This document shows positions 8,919 through 17,158 of a stretch of DNA of 64,000 nt, in pieces. The notes below the pieces were generated by a model. That model did no database searches and was not told where the DNA came from. It was given only the letters and a program-made list of their open reading frames with translations. Within the stretch, counting starts at the first letter, position 1. Every line of letters starts with the position of its first letter. Made by a program: the position numbers and the translations under genes. The stretch spans positions 26,572 through 90,571 of the forward strand of contig JAJYMC010000054.1 of the NCBI GenBank assembly GCA_021787335.1. Reading direction: 5' to 3'. Origin of the DNA: Bacillota bacterium (GTDB taxonomy: Bacteria > Bacillota > Sulfobacillia > JAJYWN01 > JAJZPE01).

Positions 8919-10388
8919 TCAGTGCGCTGGGTAGTAGTTCAACGGGTTGACCACCTTGCCCTCGACGCGGACCTCGAAGTGCAGGTGCGGCCCGGTGCTG
9001 TTGCCGGTACTCCCGACGTACCCGATGAGCTGTCCCTTCTGAACCGTGCTGCCTTCGCTGAGACCGGCGGCGTAGCCGTTCAGGTGTCCGTAGAGGGTCA
9101 CGAGGTGGCCGCCGCCGTGATCGAGCATGATCGTCTTGCCGTATCGCCCCTTGAGGCCCATGAAGACCACCGTCCCGGAATCGGCCGCGGAGACCTCGGT
9201 GGCGCGCGGGGCGGCCAGGTCGATCCCGGTGTGGTAGTTGAGCCTGCGCCAGCCGAAGCCCGAGGTGAGCTGACCGGAGGGCACCGGCCAGTAGAGGCTT
9301 CCAGTACCGAGGTCAGGGGCCCGCTTGGTGCCGTGGACCTCGATCTGGAGCGTCGGCTCAGACAGGATGTGCTCGCTGACGACGCTCGTGTTCTGCTGGC
9401 GGCTGGAGGTCTGCCGCTCGATGCGGTAGGTGACTTCCTTCTGCCCGCCCACGCCCGGCTGTTTGACCGTGACCTGCCAGGGCCACAGGGTGGGGTCCTC
9501 GATGACCTGGATGGGGAACGGGATCCACTCTTTGACCGTCTTGACCTCGACGCTGACGATGCTGATGTAAGGGGTGGCGGCGATGAGGTTCAGCTTCTGG
9601 CCCGGATTGATGGTCAGGGACTTGGGCAGGTCGGGGTTGGCCTTGACCAGGGTGTCCACGGTCATGCCGTGCTTGTTGGCGATGGTCCACAGGGAGTCGC
9701 CCCTGGAAACGACGTAGGTCTCGATCCTGTCGGTGCCACGGGTCAGGATGCGCTTGGCTTCATCCTTGGTCCGTAGCTTGTCGAGGGGAACGGCGGCTGC
9801 TTCGACGGTCACCTTCTGGACGATCTCCAGGCTGCTCACGGAAGCCCCGCGCTGTTTGATGCGGGCGGCTTCCTCGGCCTTGAGTTCGTCGACGACCGCC
9901 TGGGCCTCGTTCTTATCCAAGAGGCCGACCACGTCCTGCCCCTCGACCCTGATCATGAAGCCATCAACGGCCAGTGGCGACAGGCCGCGGAGGACCTCCC
10001 GCACGGCGGCTTCGTTCTTGAGTTCGGCCAGGGTCGGCTGGCCCTTGGCCGCCGGGTTGGACTGACCGGCGCCGGCCTGAGCCACGCCGGCGGCAGCCGC
10101 GTCTGTATCCGACGTGTAGCGAACCAGGGCGACCTGCCGGCCGAGGCTGACCGGCCGGCCGTACTGCTTGGCCGCCTCATCCTTCAGGGCCGCCAGGGCG
10201 GAGCGGACTACGGCCTTCCCATGGACGACGCCGAGGGCCTGCCCATTGACCTCCAGGACATAGGTGCCCGTGGAGGCCATGACTGAAGAAGCCACCAAGC
10301 CGGCGACGAGCAGGGCCGCCGCGACTGTGCCGATGACCTTGGTCTGTGGTTTCCTGATCAGACTAAGCAGCTTGGTGGTCATGTCCAT
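8919..10388 (-). CDS. LysM-domain M23 family metallopeptidase
   Basis: 489 aa with signal/TM, LysM (YVVSRGDSLWTIANKHGMTVDTLVKANP) and a C-terminal M23 domain (HTGIDLAAP...GSTGNSTGPHLHFEV). Confidence 0.85.
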   Translation of the reverse strand: MDMTTKLLSLIRKPQTKVIGTVAAALLVAGLVASSVMASTGTYVLEVNGQALGVVHGKAVVRSALAALKDEAAKQYGRPVSLGRQVALVRYTSDTDAAAAGVAQAGAGQSNPAAKGQPTLAELKNEAAVREVLRGLSPLAVDGFMIRVEGQDVVGLLDKNEAQAVVDELKAEEAARIKQRGASVSSLEIVQKVTVEAAAVPLDKLRTKDEAKRILTRGTDRIETYVVSRGDSLWTIANKHGMTVDTLVKANPDLPKSLTINPGQKLNLIAATPYISIVSVEVKTVKEWIPFPIQVIEDPTLWPWQVTVKQPGVGGQKEVTYRIERQTSSRQQNTSVVSEHILSEPTLQIEVHGTKRAPDLGTGSLYWPVPSGQLTSGFGWRRLNYHTGIDLAAPRATEVSAADSGTVVFMGLKGRYGKTIMLDHGGGHLVTLYGHLNGYAAGLSEGSTVQKGQLIGYVGSTGNSTGPHLHFEVRVEGKVVNPLNYYPAH

Positions 10389-10712
10389 CCCCCGGACGTC
10401 GATTCTGCCTGCACTTCGATGGTTTCGACCGGCATGGGATTTTTTCCTCCCTCACCAGCATAAACGAAGTCAAGGAAAATTGTGTAGGCCAATGGTATTC
10501 TGTGCCGAAACCGGCCGAAACCATGCAATCCCCCCGAAAAGGCCCTCCGGTGCGGACCTTTTTCCATCATTTACATCAAGGTTTTCCGGCCCCGGGGTCA
10601 AAAGAATGACAGGTCAGGTTGCTAAGTCAGGAAAGCTTGCCCTACTCCGTGGCGGTCATCCGCCCGCCCGGCGCCGCGCCGTCCCGGCCGGCCCCGGGCG
10701 CAAGAGAGAGAG

Positions 10713-11714
10713 GTGCGGCAACTGAAAACACACGGTAGGCGAAGACTCCTCGTCGTGGCCTTGGCCGCGGTCGTCGCCGTCTCCGGTCTCGCCGTCAGTG
10801 GGACGGCTCTGGCCAGGAGGATCGAACGCGTTGAGGCCACCGAGCTGACCGCCGATGCCGTTGTCGGGTCCGCTCCGACGGTCTCTGGTTCCCAGGCTGC
10901 GTCGACCGCGACGGCACAGCCATCGACCAGTCAGCCGACGCTCGTGACCTACACCATCCAGTCCGGAGACACCATCTGGGACCTGGCGGCCAAGTATGGG
11001 ACCACGGTCGGCTCGATCATCGGTTCCAACGGCTTGTCCGCCTCGGGGCGCATCGGCCCCGGCCAGACCATCAAGATTCCGACCGCCCCCGGTCTCGCCG
11101 TCACCGTCCAGTCCGGCCAGACTCTCTGGGGCTTGGCTCAGAAATACGGGATCAAGGCCGACGACATCGCTAAGGCCAACGGCCGCGACCTCGAAACCCC
11201 CTTGACAGTGGGCGGCTTGCTGTTCCTGCCCGGGGCGAAGGCCGTCGCGACGCCCATCACCGTGGCTTCCCGAGGCACCAGCCGGGGCGGCACGACCGTC
11301 TCGTCAAGTTCCAGCAGTGGCTCGTCCAGCAACTCGTTGCCCAGTGCGTCCGGCTTCATCTGGCCGGTGCATGGGCCCATCACCTCGCCTTTCGGCCCGC
11401 GCAATGGCGGTTTCCACTCCGGCCTCGACATCGGCGTCCCGACGGGCACCGCCGTCCACGCCGCCAAGGCAGGCACGGTCATCGAGGCGGGCTGGGTGAG
11501 CGGATATGGCTACACCGTCATGATCGACCATGGCAACGGGGTGACGACCCTCTACGGCCACAACTCGAAGCTTCTCGTGAAAGAGGGCCAAGAGGTCGCC
11601 CAGGGCGATATCATCGCGTACTCCGGGTCGACCGGTCACTCCACGGGTCCGCACGTCCACTTTGAGATCCGCATCAACGGGCAACCGGTCAACCCGCGTC
11701 CCCGTCTGAGCTGA
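10713..11714 (+). CDS. LysM(x3)-domain M23 family metallopeptidase
   Basis: 333 aa with a signal peptide, three LysM repeats and a C-terminal M23 domain (HSGLDIGVPTG...GSTGHSTGPHVHFEIRING). Confidence 0.85.
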   Translation: MRQLKTHGRRRLLVVALAAVVAVSGLAVSGTALARRIERVEATELTADAVVGSAPTVSGSQAASTATAQPSTSQPTLVTYTIQSGDTIWDLAAKYGTTVGSIIGSNGLSASGRIGPGQTIKIPTAPGLAVTVQSGQTLWGLAQKYGIKADDIAKANGRDLETPLTVGGLLFLPGAKAVATPITVASRGTSRGGTTVSSSSSSGSSSNSLPSASGFIWPVHGPITSPFGPRNGGFHSGLDIGVPTGTAVHAAKAGTVIEAGWVSGYGYTVMIDHGNGVTTLYGHNSKLLVKEGQEVAQGDIIAYSGSTGHSTGPHVHFEIRINGQPVNPRPRLS

Positions 11715-11818
11715 ACGGCGAACAGTCGCGAAGGCTCAGGGCCAAAACATCAAGCCGGCTGGCTCTGCGCCAGCCGGCTTTTCGTCTTCTGAAACACCCG
11801 GTGTCGGCGCCCGCGAGG

Positions 11819-13222
11819 TCAACGCGAAGAGCGGGCCGCCTTCCGGTACTGCAGGTACAGGGCGCACTCGAGCCGCTTCTTCTGCAACCGGCACCCGGCG
11901 GCGTATGGCTTGGCGATATCGCCGTTGATGAGATGGGCGTTGGCGTTGCACCCGCCGCCGCAATGGAACCTGGCCCAGCAGTGACGGCACTCTTCCTTGG
12001 TGAAGACGTTGCCGGAAGCGAAGGTCCGCGGGAGATCGGGCCGATCGACGCCGCGCCAGACGTCACCGAGCTTGAACCCCTCGCGCCCGACGAACTGGTG
12101 ACACGGGAAGAGCTCGCCGTCGGGGGTGACGGCCAGGTACTCATGGCCGGCCCCGCAACCCGTGGCTCGCTTCTTGAGGCAGGGCCCGTTCTGATCCTCC
12201 AGCTCGAAGTGGAAGAAGATCAGCGGCCGACCTTCCTCGAGGCGCTGGAGGTAGTAGGCCGTCAGGCGGTCGTACTCGGCCTCGGCCCGGGCGAGGTCAT
12301 TGGGGCCGAGGGAGTAGTCGTCGCCCTCCAGTCCGACGACCGGTTCGAGGGACAGCCGGTCGAAGCCGAGGTCGGCCAGATGCCGGACGTCCTCGGTGAA
12401 GTCAAGGTTGCGATTGGTGTAGGTGCCGCGAAGGTAGTAGTCCTGGCCTCCTCGCGAGGCGACCGCCCGCCGGGCACCGTCCAGAACGGCCTCGTAACTC
12501 CCCCGCCCGTTGCGCATCGGGCGCATCGCGTCGTGGACCGCCGGCCGCCCGTCGAGGCTTAGGACCAGGGCGACCTTATGGGCGTTGAGGAAGGCGATGA
12601 CCTCGTCCGTGAGGGGGGTGGCGTTGGTGGTCAGGGTGAAGCGGAAGGCCTTGCCGCTCTCCGCGGCCCGCCGTTCCGCGTAGGGGACGACGTCGAAGAG
12701 GACGTCGCGATCGAGCAACGGCTCACCGCCGAAGAAGTCGATCTCCAGTTGGCGGCGGTCACCTGAGGCGGCGATGAGGAAGTCGATGGCCCGCCTGGCC
12801 GTGTCGGCCGGCATCAGGCGGCGTTCTCCGCCGAACGGCCCCTGGCCGGCGAAGCAGTATCGACAGGCCAGGTTGCAGTCGTGGGCGAGGTTCAGGCAGA
12901 GGGCGTGGACGATCGGGGCGCCGGGCGGAGTCAGGGTGGCCATCTCCTCGGCGGCCGGGCCGGGAGACCACAGCCTGCCCTCCCGCGCCAATCCTTCGAG
13001 TTCGCCCCAGGCCGCCCGAACGGCCTCGGCCCCGTGACGGCCGGCCAACCGGTCGCCCGCGGCGGCCGCGTCGACCAGGCCCGCCTCGTCGAGGCCGATG
13101 ATGTCCCAGGCGACCTCGTCGGCCACGTGGAGCGCTCCGCTGTTCACATCGAGGACCAGCCGCTCGCCCTGGCACTGGAAGCGGTGGACCTGGTCCCTGT
13201 TCTGGTTATCGTGACGGCTCAT
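11819..13222 (-). CDS. scfB: radical SAM/SPASM thioether-forming SCIFF peptide maturase
   Basis: 467 aa. CxxxCxxC (CNLACRYC) plus a Cys-rich SPASM C-terminus (CHQFVG...CRHCWARFHCGGGCNANA). Lies immediately downstream of the SCIFF precursor. GGAGG RBS. Confidence 0.85.
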   Translation of the reverse strand: MSRHDNQNRDQVHRFQCQGERLVLDVNSGALHVADEVAWDIIGLDEAGLVDAAAAGDRLAGRHGAEAVRAAWGELEGLAREGRLWSPGPAAEEMATLTPPGAPIVHALCLNLAHDCNLACRYCFAGQGPFGGERRLMPADTARRAIDFLIAASGDRRQLEIDFFGGEPLLDRDVLFDVVPYAERRAAESGKAFRFTLTTNATPLTDEVIAFLNAHKVALVLSLDGRPAVHDAMRPMRNGRGSYEAVLDGARRAVASRGGQDYYLRGTYTNRNLDFTEDVRHLADLGFDRLSLEPVVGLEGDDYSLGPNDLARAEAEYDRLTAYYLQRLEEGRPLIFFHFELEDQNGPCLKKRATGCGAGHEYLAVTPDGELFPCHQFVGREGFKLGDVWRGVDRPDLPRTFASGNVFTKEECRHCWARFHCGGGCNANAHLINGDIAKPYAAGCRLQKKRLECALYLQYRKAARSSR

Positions 13223-13268
13223 GACAGGCCTCCGAGGCTCACGCGGCGCGCGCCGAAGAGGCGCCGCC

Positions 13269-13312
13269 GGTGACCGAAATGAAGAAGCCCGTCCCGCGAG
13301 CGGACGGGCCCC
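13269..13312 (-). terminator. intrinsic terminator/attenuator between SCIFF precursor and maturase
   Basis: GCCCGTCC/GGACGGGC 8-bp stem followed by TTCTTCATTTCGG on the minus strand. Confidence 0.5.
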
Positions 13313-13330
13313 GTAAACGGCTTTTCGGGC

Positions 13331-13492
13331 TCAGCGAGGGCAGACCTGGTTGCCGACGGTGCAAGAGGTCTTGCAGGCCGACTGGCAAGAGGTCTGGCAG
13401 GACGAGCAGCGTTCGTCCGGGGTCACCCGCTTGAACGGGTCGACGACGGTCTTGATGTGCTTCCCGGCCTCATGCTTCTTGGGCTCGGACAT
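13331..13492 (-). CDS. scfA: SCIFF (six cysteines in forty-five residues) ranthipeptide precursor, 53 aa
   Basis: Manual translation gives MSEPKKHEAGKHIKTVVDPFKRVTPDERCSSCQTSCQSACKTSCTVGNQVCPR with the SCIFF core signature CQTSCQSACKTSCTVGNQ. GGGAGG RBS and TGA stop. Below the ORF-track size cutoff. Confidence 0.85.
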   Translation of the reverse strand: MSEPKKHEAGKHIKTVVDPFKRVTPDERCSSCQTSCQSACKTSCTVGNQVCPR

Positions 13493-13537
13493 GAGTCTTT
13501 TCCTCCCTCGTCAAGTCCTGGATACGATGCCTTATGC

Positions 13538-13546
13538 ATTATAGCA
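13538..13546 (-). promoter_or_regulatory. extended -10 promoter (TGCTATAAT) for the SCIFF precursor, inside the 3' end of the AOR gene
   Basis: Minus-strand TGCTATAAT lies 45 nt upstream of the scfA ATG. Confidence 0.5.
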
Positions 13547-15473
13547 CAAGGCCCTCCTGAGCGTCCACTCTATGCCTTCGCGGGTGTGCCTTCGCGGGAG
13601 CGAGGCACGACGCCACGTCCGACAGGCCGAGTCTTTCGACCTCGGATGGATCAGGCTGTCCGGACTCGTCCAGCTGCATCAGTGAATAGTATTCGGCGAG
13701 CTGTCGCTCAATGTCTGGGACGAGGCCGGCCGCCGGTCCGTCGGGCAAGGGCTCGCGGAAACGCGCCGGGATACGGTCATCCGCCCGGGTCATCCCGAAG
13801 GCGCCGTTGATGAGCCGCTTGAGGGTCCAGATGCGGCGGCCCGTGGTCAGGAACTCCTCAACGCTGTGGTCGAAGCCGGTCGCGGCGTTGAGGGCGGCGA
13901 CCGCCTCTTCCCCGGTGACGATCGACCCGCCCGCGTAGCATAGGGCCAGAGCGCCACCAAGGGCCTGCCCGGCGTCCTGGGCCCGGGCATGCAGGGCGGC
14001 CTTGCCGTCGCTGGTCTGGGCCGAGTCGGGCGGCTCGACCCCGAGGTCGGGGATGTAGGCCATCCCCAGCTCAGCGTAAAAGGTCAACCCGGAGAGGTGC
14101 GAGGCCCCGCGGTCGGAGGTGGCGTACTGCAGGGCCAGGCCGTGCATGGCACGCGGGTCGTGATAGGGCACCTCGACACCCTTGACGGTCATCAGGAACT
14201 CGTCGGCGCCGGGACCGAGGGTCGCCGCGAAGCGCTGGGAGCCCTCGCCGAGAAGTTTGCCGAACCCTTCCCGCCGGGCGATGCGCTGGGTCAGGGCCAC
14301 CGCGGCGCCGGCGTCACCCCAGTTGAGTTCGAGCCCGTCGGTGTCGGCCGGCCCGATGAGGCCCCTTTCATAGGCCTCGAAGGCGTAGGCCAGGGTGCCT
14401 CCGCAGCTGATGGTGTCGAGCCCCTGGCGGTTGCAGATGTCGTTCATCCGGGCCACGGCCCGCGGATTGTCCACCCTGAGACCGGTCCCGAAGGCGGCCA
14501 CGGTCTCATACTCAGGGCCGGGGCCCTGCTCCACGCGGTAGGGCTGATCGTCCACGCGGACGACCCGCTTGCAGCTGACCGGGCAGCCGAAGCAGGTCCT
14601 GCGCCCGGTCAGGATGGTCGCGTTATAGTTGTTGCCCCCGAGGGCCTGCAGGCCTTCCTCCCAGAGCCCTTCGCGCCAATTCTTGGTCGGCATGTCCCCG
14701 ACCATCAGGCTCAGTTCGATGGAAGAGATCGTCCCGACCTCGCGGTAGGTCTGGAGGGTGAGGCTCTCTTTGCCACGTTCGATGAGCTCGCGGCGGAGGC
14801 GGTCGATGGTCGCGCGGTCGGCCAGGGGCACTTCCTGGCGGCCCCGGACGACGACGGCCTTCAGCCTCTTGCTCCCCATGACGGCGCCAAGGCCGCCGCG
14901 CCCGGCGACGTGAGCTCGGTCATGGACGATCGAGGCGAAGCGGACCAACCGCTCGCCGGCCGGCCCGATGGCCAGCACCCGCCAACCATCGGGACTGAAG
15001 CGGGCATGGACCTCATAGGTGTCGAGCCCCCACAGGTCGGAGGCGTCACGAAGCTCAGCGCGGCCGTCATCGATGGCCAGATAGACTGGGCGCTCGGAGG
15101 CCCCGGTGACGACTATCCCATCGTACCCGGCAAACTTGAGGTGCGGTCCGAAGAACCCGCCGACGCTGGATTCACCCCAGATCCCGCTGAGCGGGGAGCG
15201 GGCGACGACGTTGAAGCGTGACGCTGACGGGAACGGGGTCCCGGCCAGCGGCCCGGTCATGATGATGAGTTCATTGTCCGGCCCGAGCGGGTCCGGCCGC
15301 GCCGGTCCGCCATCGGCCGGTCTGACGGCTTCGGCGAAGTACCTGGCGGCCAGACCGCTGCCACCGATGTACCGCCGGAGCCAGTCTTGATCGAGCGGCA
15401 GGTCCTCGAGGCGACCGGCGCTCAGGTCGACCCGCAGGAGACGGCCCATGTAGCCGGTGGCCACGGCCGTCAC
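13539..15473 (-). CDS. tungsten-containing aldehyde:ferredoxin oxidoreductase (AOR family)
   Basis: 644 aa with full-length AOR homology (N-terminal MGRLLRVDLS...YIGGSGLAARY). Confidence 0.9.
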   Translation of the reverse strand: MTAVATGYMGRLLRVDLSAGRLEDLPLDQDWLRRYIGGSGLAARYFAEAVRPADGGPARPDPLGPDNELIIMTGPLAGTPFPSASRFNVVARSPLSGIWGESSVGGFFGPHLKFAGYDGIVVTGASERPVYLAIDDGRAELRDASDLWGLDTYEVHARFSPDGWRVLAIGPAGERLVRFASIVHDRAHVAGRGGLGAVMGSKRLKAVVVRGRQEVPLADRATIDRLRRELIERGKESLTLQTYREVGTISSIELSLMVGDMPTKNWREGLWEEGLQALGGNNYNATILTGRRTCFGCPVSCKRVVRVDDQPYRVEQGPGPEYETVAAFGTGLRVDNPRAVARMNDICNRQGLDTISCGGTLAYAFEAYERGLIGPADTDGLELNWGDAGAAVALTQRIARREGFGKLLGEGSQRFAATLGPGADEFLMTVKGVEVPYHDPRAMHGLALQYATSDRGASHLSGLTFYAELGMAYIPDLGVEPPDSAQTSDGKAALHARAQDAGQALGGALALCYAGGSIVTGEEAVAALNAATGFDHSVEEFLTTGRRIWTLKRLINGAFGMTRADDRIPARFREPLPDGPAAGLVPDIERQLAEYYSLMQLDESGQPDPSEVERLGLSDVASCLAPAKAHPRRHRVDAQEGLVL

Positions 15474-15476
15474 CCC

Positions 15477-15914
15477 TTACTGGGTGAGATCGGCCCGGCC
15501 GATCTCCTTCAGGTATTGCGGGTACAGTTCAAAGGCCGGCTTGATGACCGGGATGAGCTTGATGATGCTCTGGATGGGACCGACCGCCTTCATCTGCCCC
15601 TTGGCGAGGGCGGCCACCAGGTTCACCTTGCCCAGCCAGAACTGGTGGGCGACGTCGGCCTTCATCGACATCACGACGTCCGGCTTGAAGTTGATGTCGC
15701 CCTCGTAGATGGTGTAAGGCTCCCCTGGGGGCGGGTTCTTGGCGTCGACGGTGATGGCGCTGTCGGGGTCGCTGTAGTTGAAACGGACCGAGATCTTTGA
15801 GTCACTGACCTTCTGCGCCAGGGGCTCGGTCAGGGCCCGCCGGAAGAGACCGCCGATGCACAGGTAGACTTCGGAAGCATCCTTGAAGACCGCCATTCTC
15901 CTGTTACCTCCCAT
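15477..15914 (-). CDS. SCP2 sterol-binding domain protein
   Basis: 145 aa SCP-2-like fold signature, translationally close to AOR. Confidence 0.65.
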   Translation of the reverse strand: MGGNRRMAVFKDASEVYLCIGGLFRRALTEPLAQKVSDSKISVRFNYSDPDSAITVDAKNPPPGEPYTIYEGDINFKPDVVMSMKADVAHQFWLGKVNLVAALAKGQMKAVGPIQSIIKLIPVIKPAFELYPQYLKEIGRADLTQ

Positions 15915-15952
15915 CAGACTGGTTGGACAAGAAGCCCGGGGGCCGGAAGCCC

Positions 15953-17146
15953 TCAGACGACCTTCTTCAACACCTCGAGCAGTTCCTCAGCCGTGGCCGG
16001 GCGTGGGTTGGTGAAGATGGCCCCGTCCATGACCGCGGCTTCGGCCGCTTCGTTGAGACTGCTCTCCGAAACGCCCGCGTCTCTGAGCCGCGCCGGAAGC
16101 CCGCAAGACTTAGCCAGAACCTTGACCGCCTCGATGACCGCCCGAGCTGTCTCTTCTTCGGAGCCCGACGGCCAGACCCCGAACGATGGAGCAAGCTCGG
16201 CGATGCGACCGGCGGCCACGTCGAGGTTGTACTCCAAGCCCGGCGCCAGGAGGATGGCGTTAGCCAGCCCGTGGGGGACGTCGAAGAGCCCGCCCAGGGC
16301 GTGAGCCATGGCGTGGACGCAGCCGACGAGGGAGTTGGAAAAGGCGGCGCCGGCCAGGTTGCTGCCGATGAGCATCCAATAGCGAGCCTCGACGCTGGAG
16401 CCCACAAGGGTGGCCCTGGGTAGCCACTGGTTGATGACCCTGATGGCATAGAGGGCCAGCCCGTCGCTGATTGGATTGGCCGATACCGAGAGATAGGCCT
16501 CGACGGCGTGGGTCAGGGCGTCCATCCCGGTGGAGGCAGTCAGGCCGGGGGGCAGGCCGAGGGTCATCTCCGGATCGAGGACGGCCAGGTCCGGGCCCAA
16601 GTAGGGGCTCGTGAAGCTGTACTTGACCCGAGCGGCGGGATCCTTGATGACGGCCATGTTGGTCACTTCGCTGCCGGTCCCGGCGGTCGTCGGGACGGCC
16701 ACCAGCTTGCCGAGGGGCTCGTTGATGAGCCCGAGGCCCTGGTAGTCCATGAGGTTCCCGCCCTTGGAGAGGACCATGTTCATACCCTTGGCCGTGTCGA
16801 TGACACTCCCGCCGCCGATGGCCACCAGGACGTCACCCCCCGCCTCGCCCGCGGCCGCGGCCGCCCGCTCGACCACGTTGACATCGGAGTTGGGCGGGAC
16901 GTCCAGGAACTCCCCGACGACGGTCACGCCGCCGGCAGTCAGTCCCTGCCTGGCCCGCTCGACCAGACCGAGCTTCTCAAGGGTCCGATCGGAGACGATG
17001 AAGGCCCTTTCCACTCCCAGGCGGGTCACCTGGTCACCCAGTTCCCGGACCAGGCCGGCCGCGCCCATCACCCGGGTCCGCATGGAGAAATCGAGGAACT
17101 CGGGTAGCATGTCAGATTCCCCCTCGGGCGTTCTTGGTGGGTGCAC
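15953..17146 (-). CDS. iron-containing alcohol dehydrogenase
   Basis: 397 aa with Fe-ADH family motifs (GGGSVIDTAK, metal-binding His cluster). Confidence 0.85.
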   Translation of the reverse strand: MHPPRTPEGESDMLPEFLDFSMRTRVMGAAGLVRELGDQVTRLGVERAFIVSDRTLEKLGLVERARQGLTAGGVTVVGEFLDVPPNSDVNVVERAAAAAGEAGGDVLVAIGGGSVIDTAKGMNMVLSKGGNLMDYQGLGLINEPLGKLVAVPTTAGTGSEVTNMAVIKDPAARVKYSFTSPYLGPDLAVLDPEMTLGLPPGLTASTGMDALTHAVEAYLSVSANPISDGLALYAIRVINQWLPRATLVGSSVEARYWMLIGSNLAGAAFSNSLVGCVHAMAHALGGLFDVPHGLANAILLAPGLEYNLDVAAGRIAELAPSFGVWPSGSEEETARAVIEAVKVLAKSCGLPARLRDAGVSESSLNEAAEAAVMDGAIFTNPRPATAEELLEVLKKVV

Positions 17147-17158
17147 ACTGCCGGGTCA

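Noticed and set aside
10264-10725. 153-aa plus-strand ORF spanning the divergent peptidase control region
   Set aside because: Overlaps the N-terminus of the minus-strand peptidase and the intergenic promoter region. No RBS, implausible composition.
13350-13544. 64-aa plus-strand ORF
   Set aside because: Antisense to the SCIFF precursor, which has strong family signature and an RBS. The plus-strand ORF has neither.
13989-15221. 410-aa plus-strand ORF
   Set aside because: Antisense to the AOR gene, Gly/Ala/Pro/Asp-rich, with no motifs.
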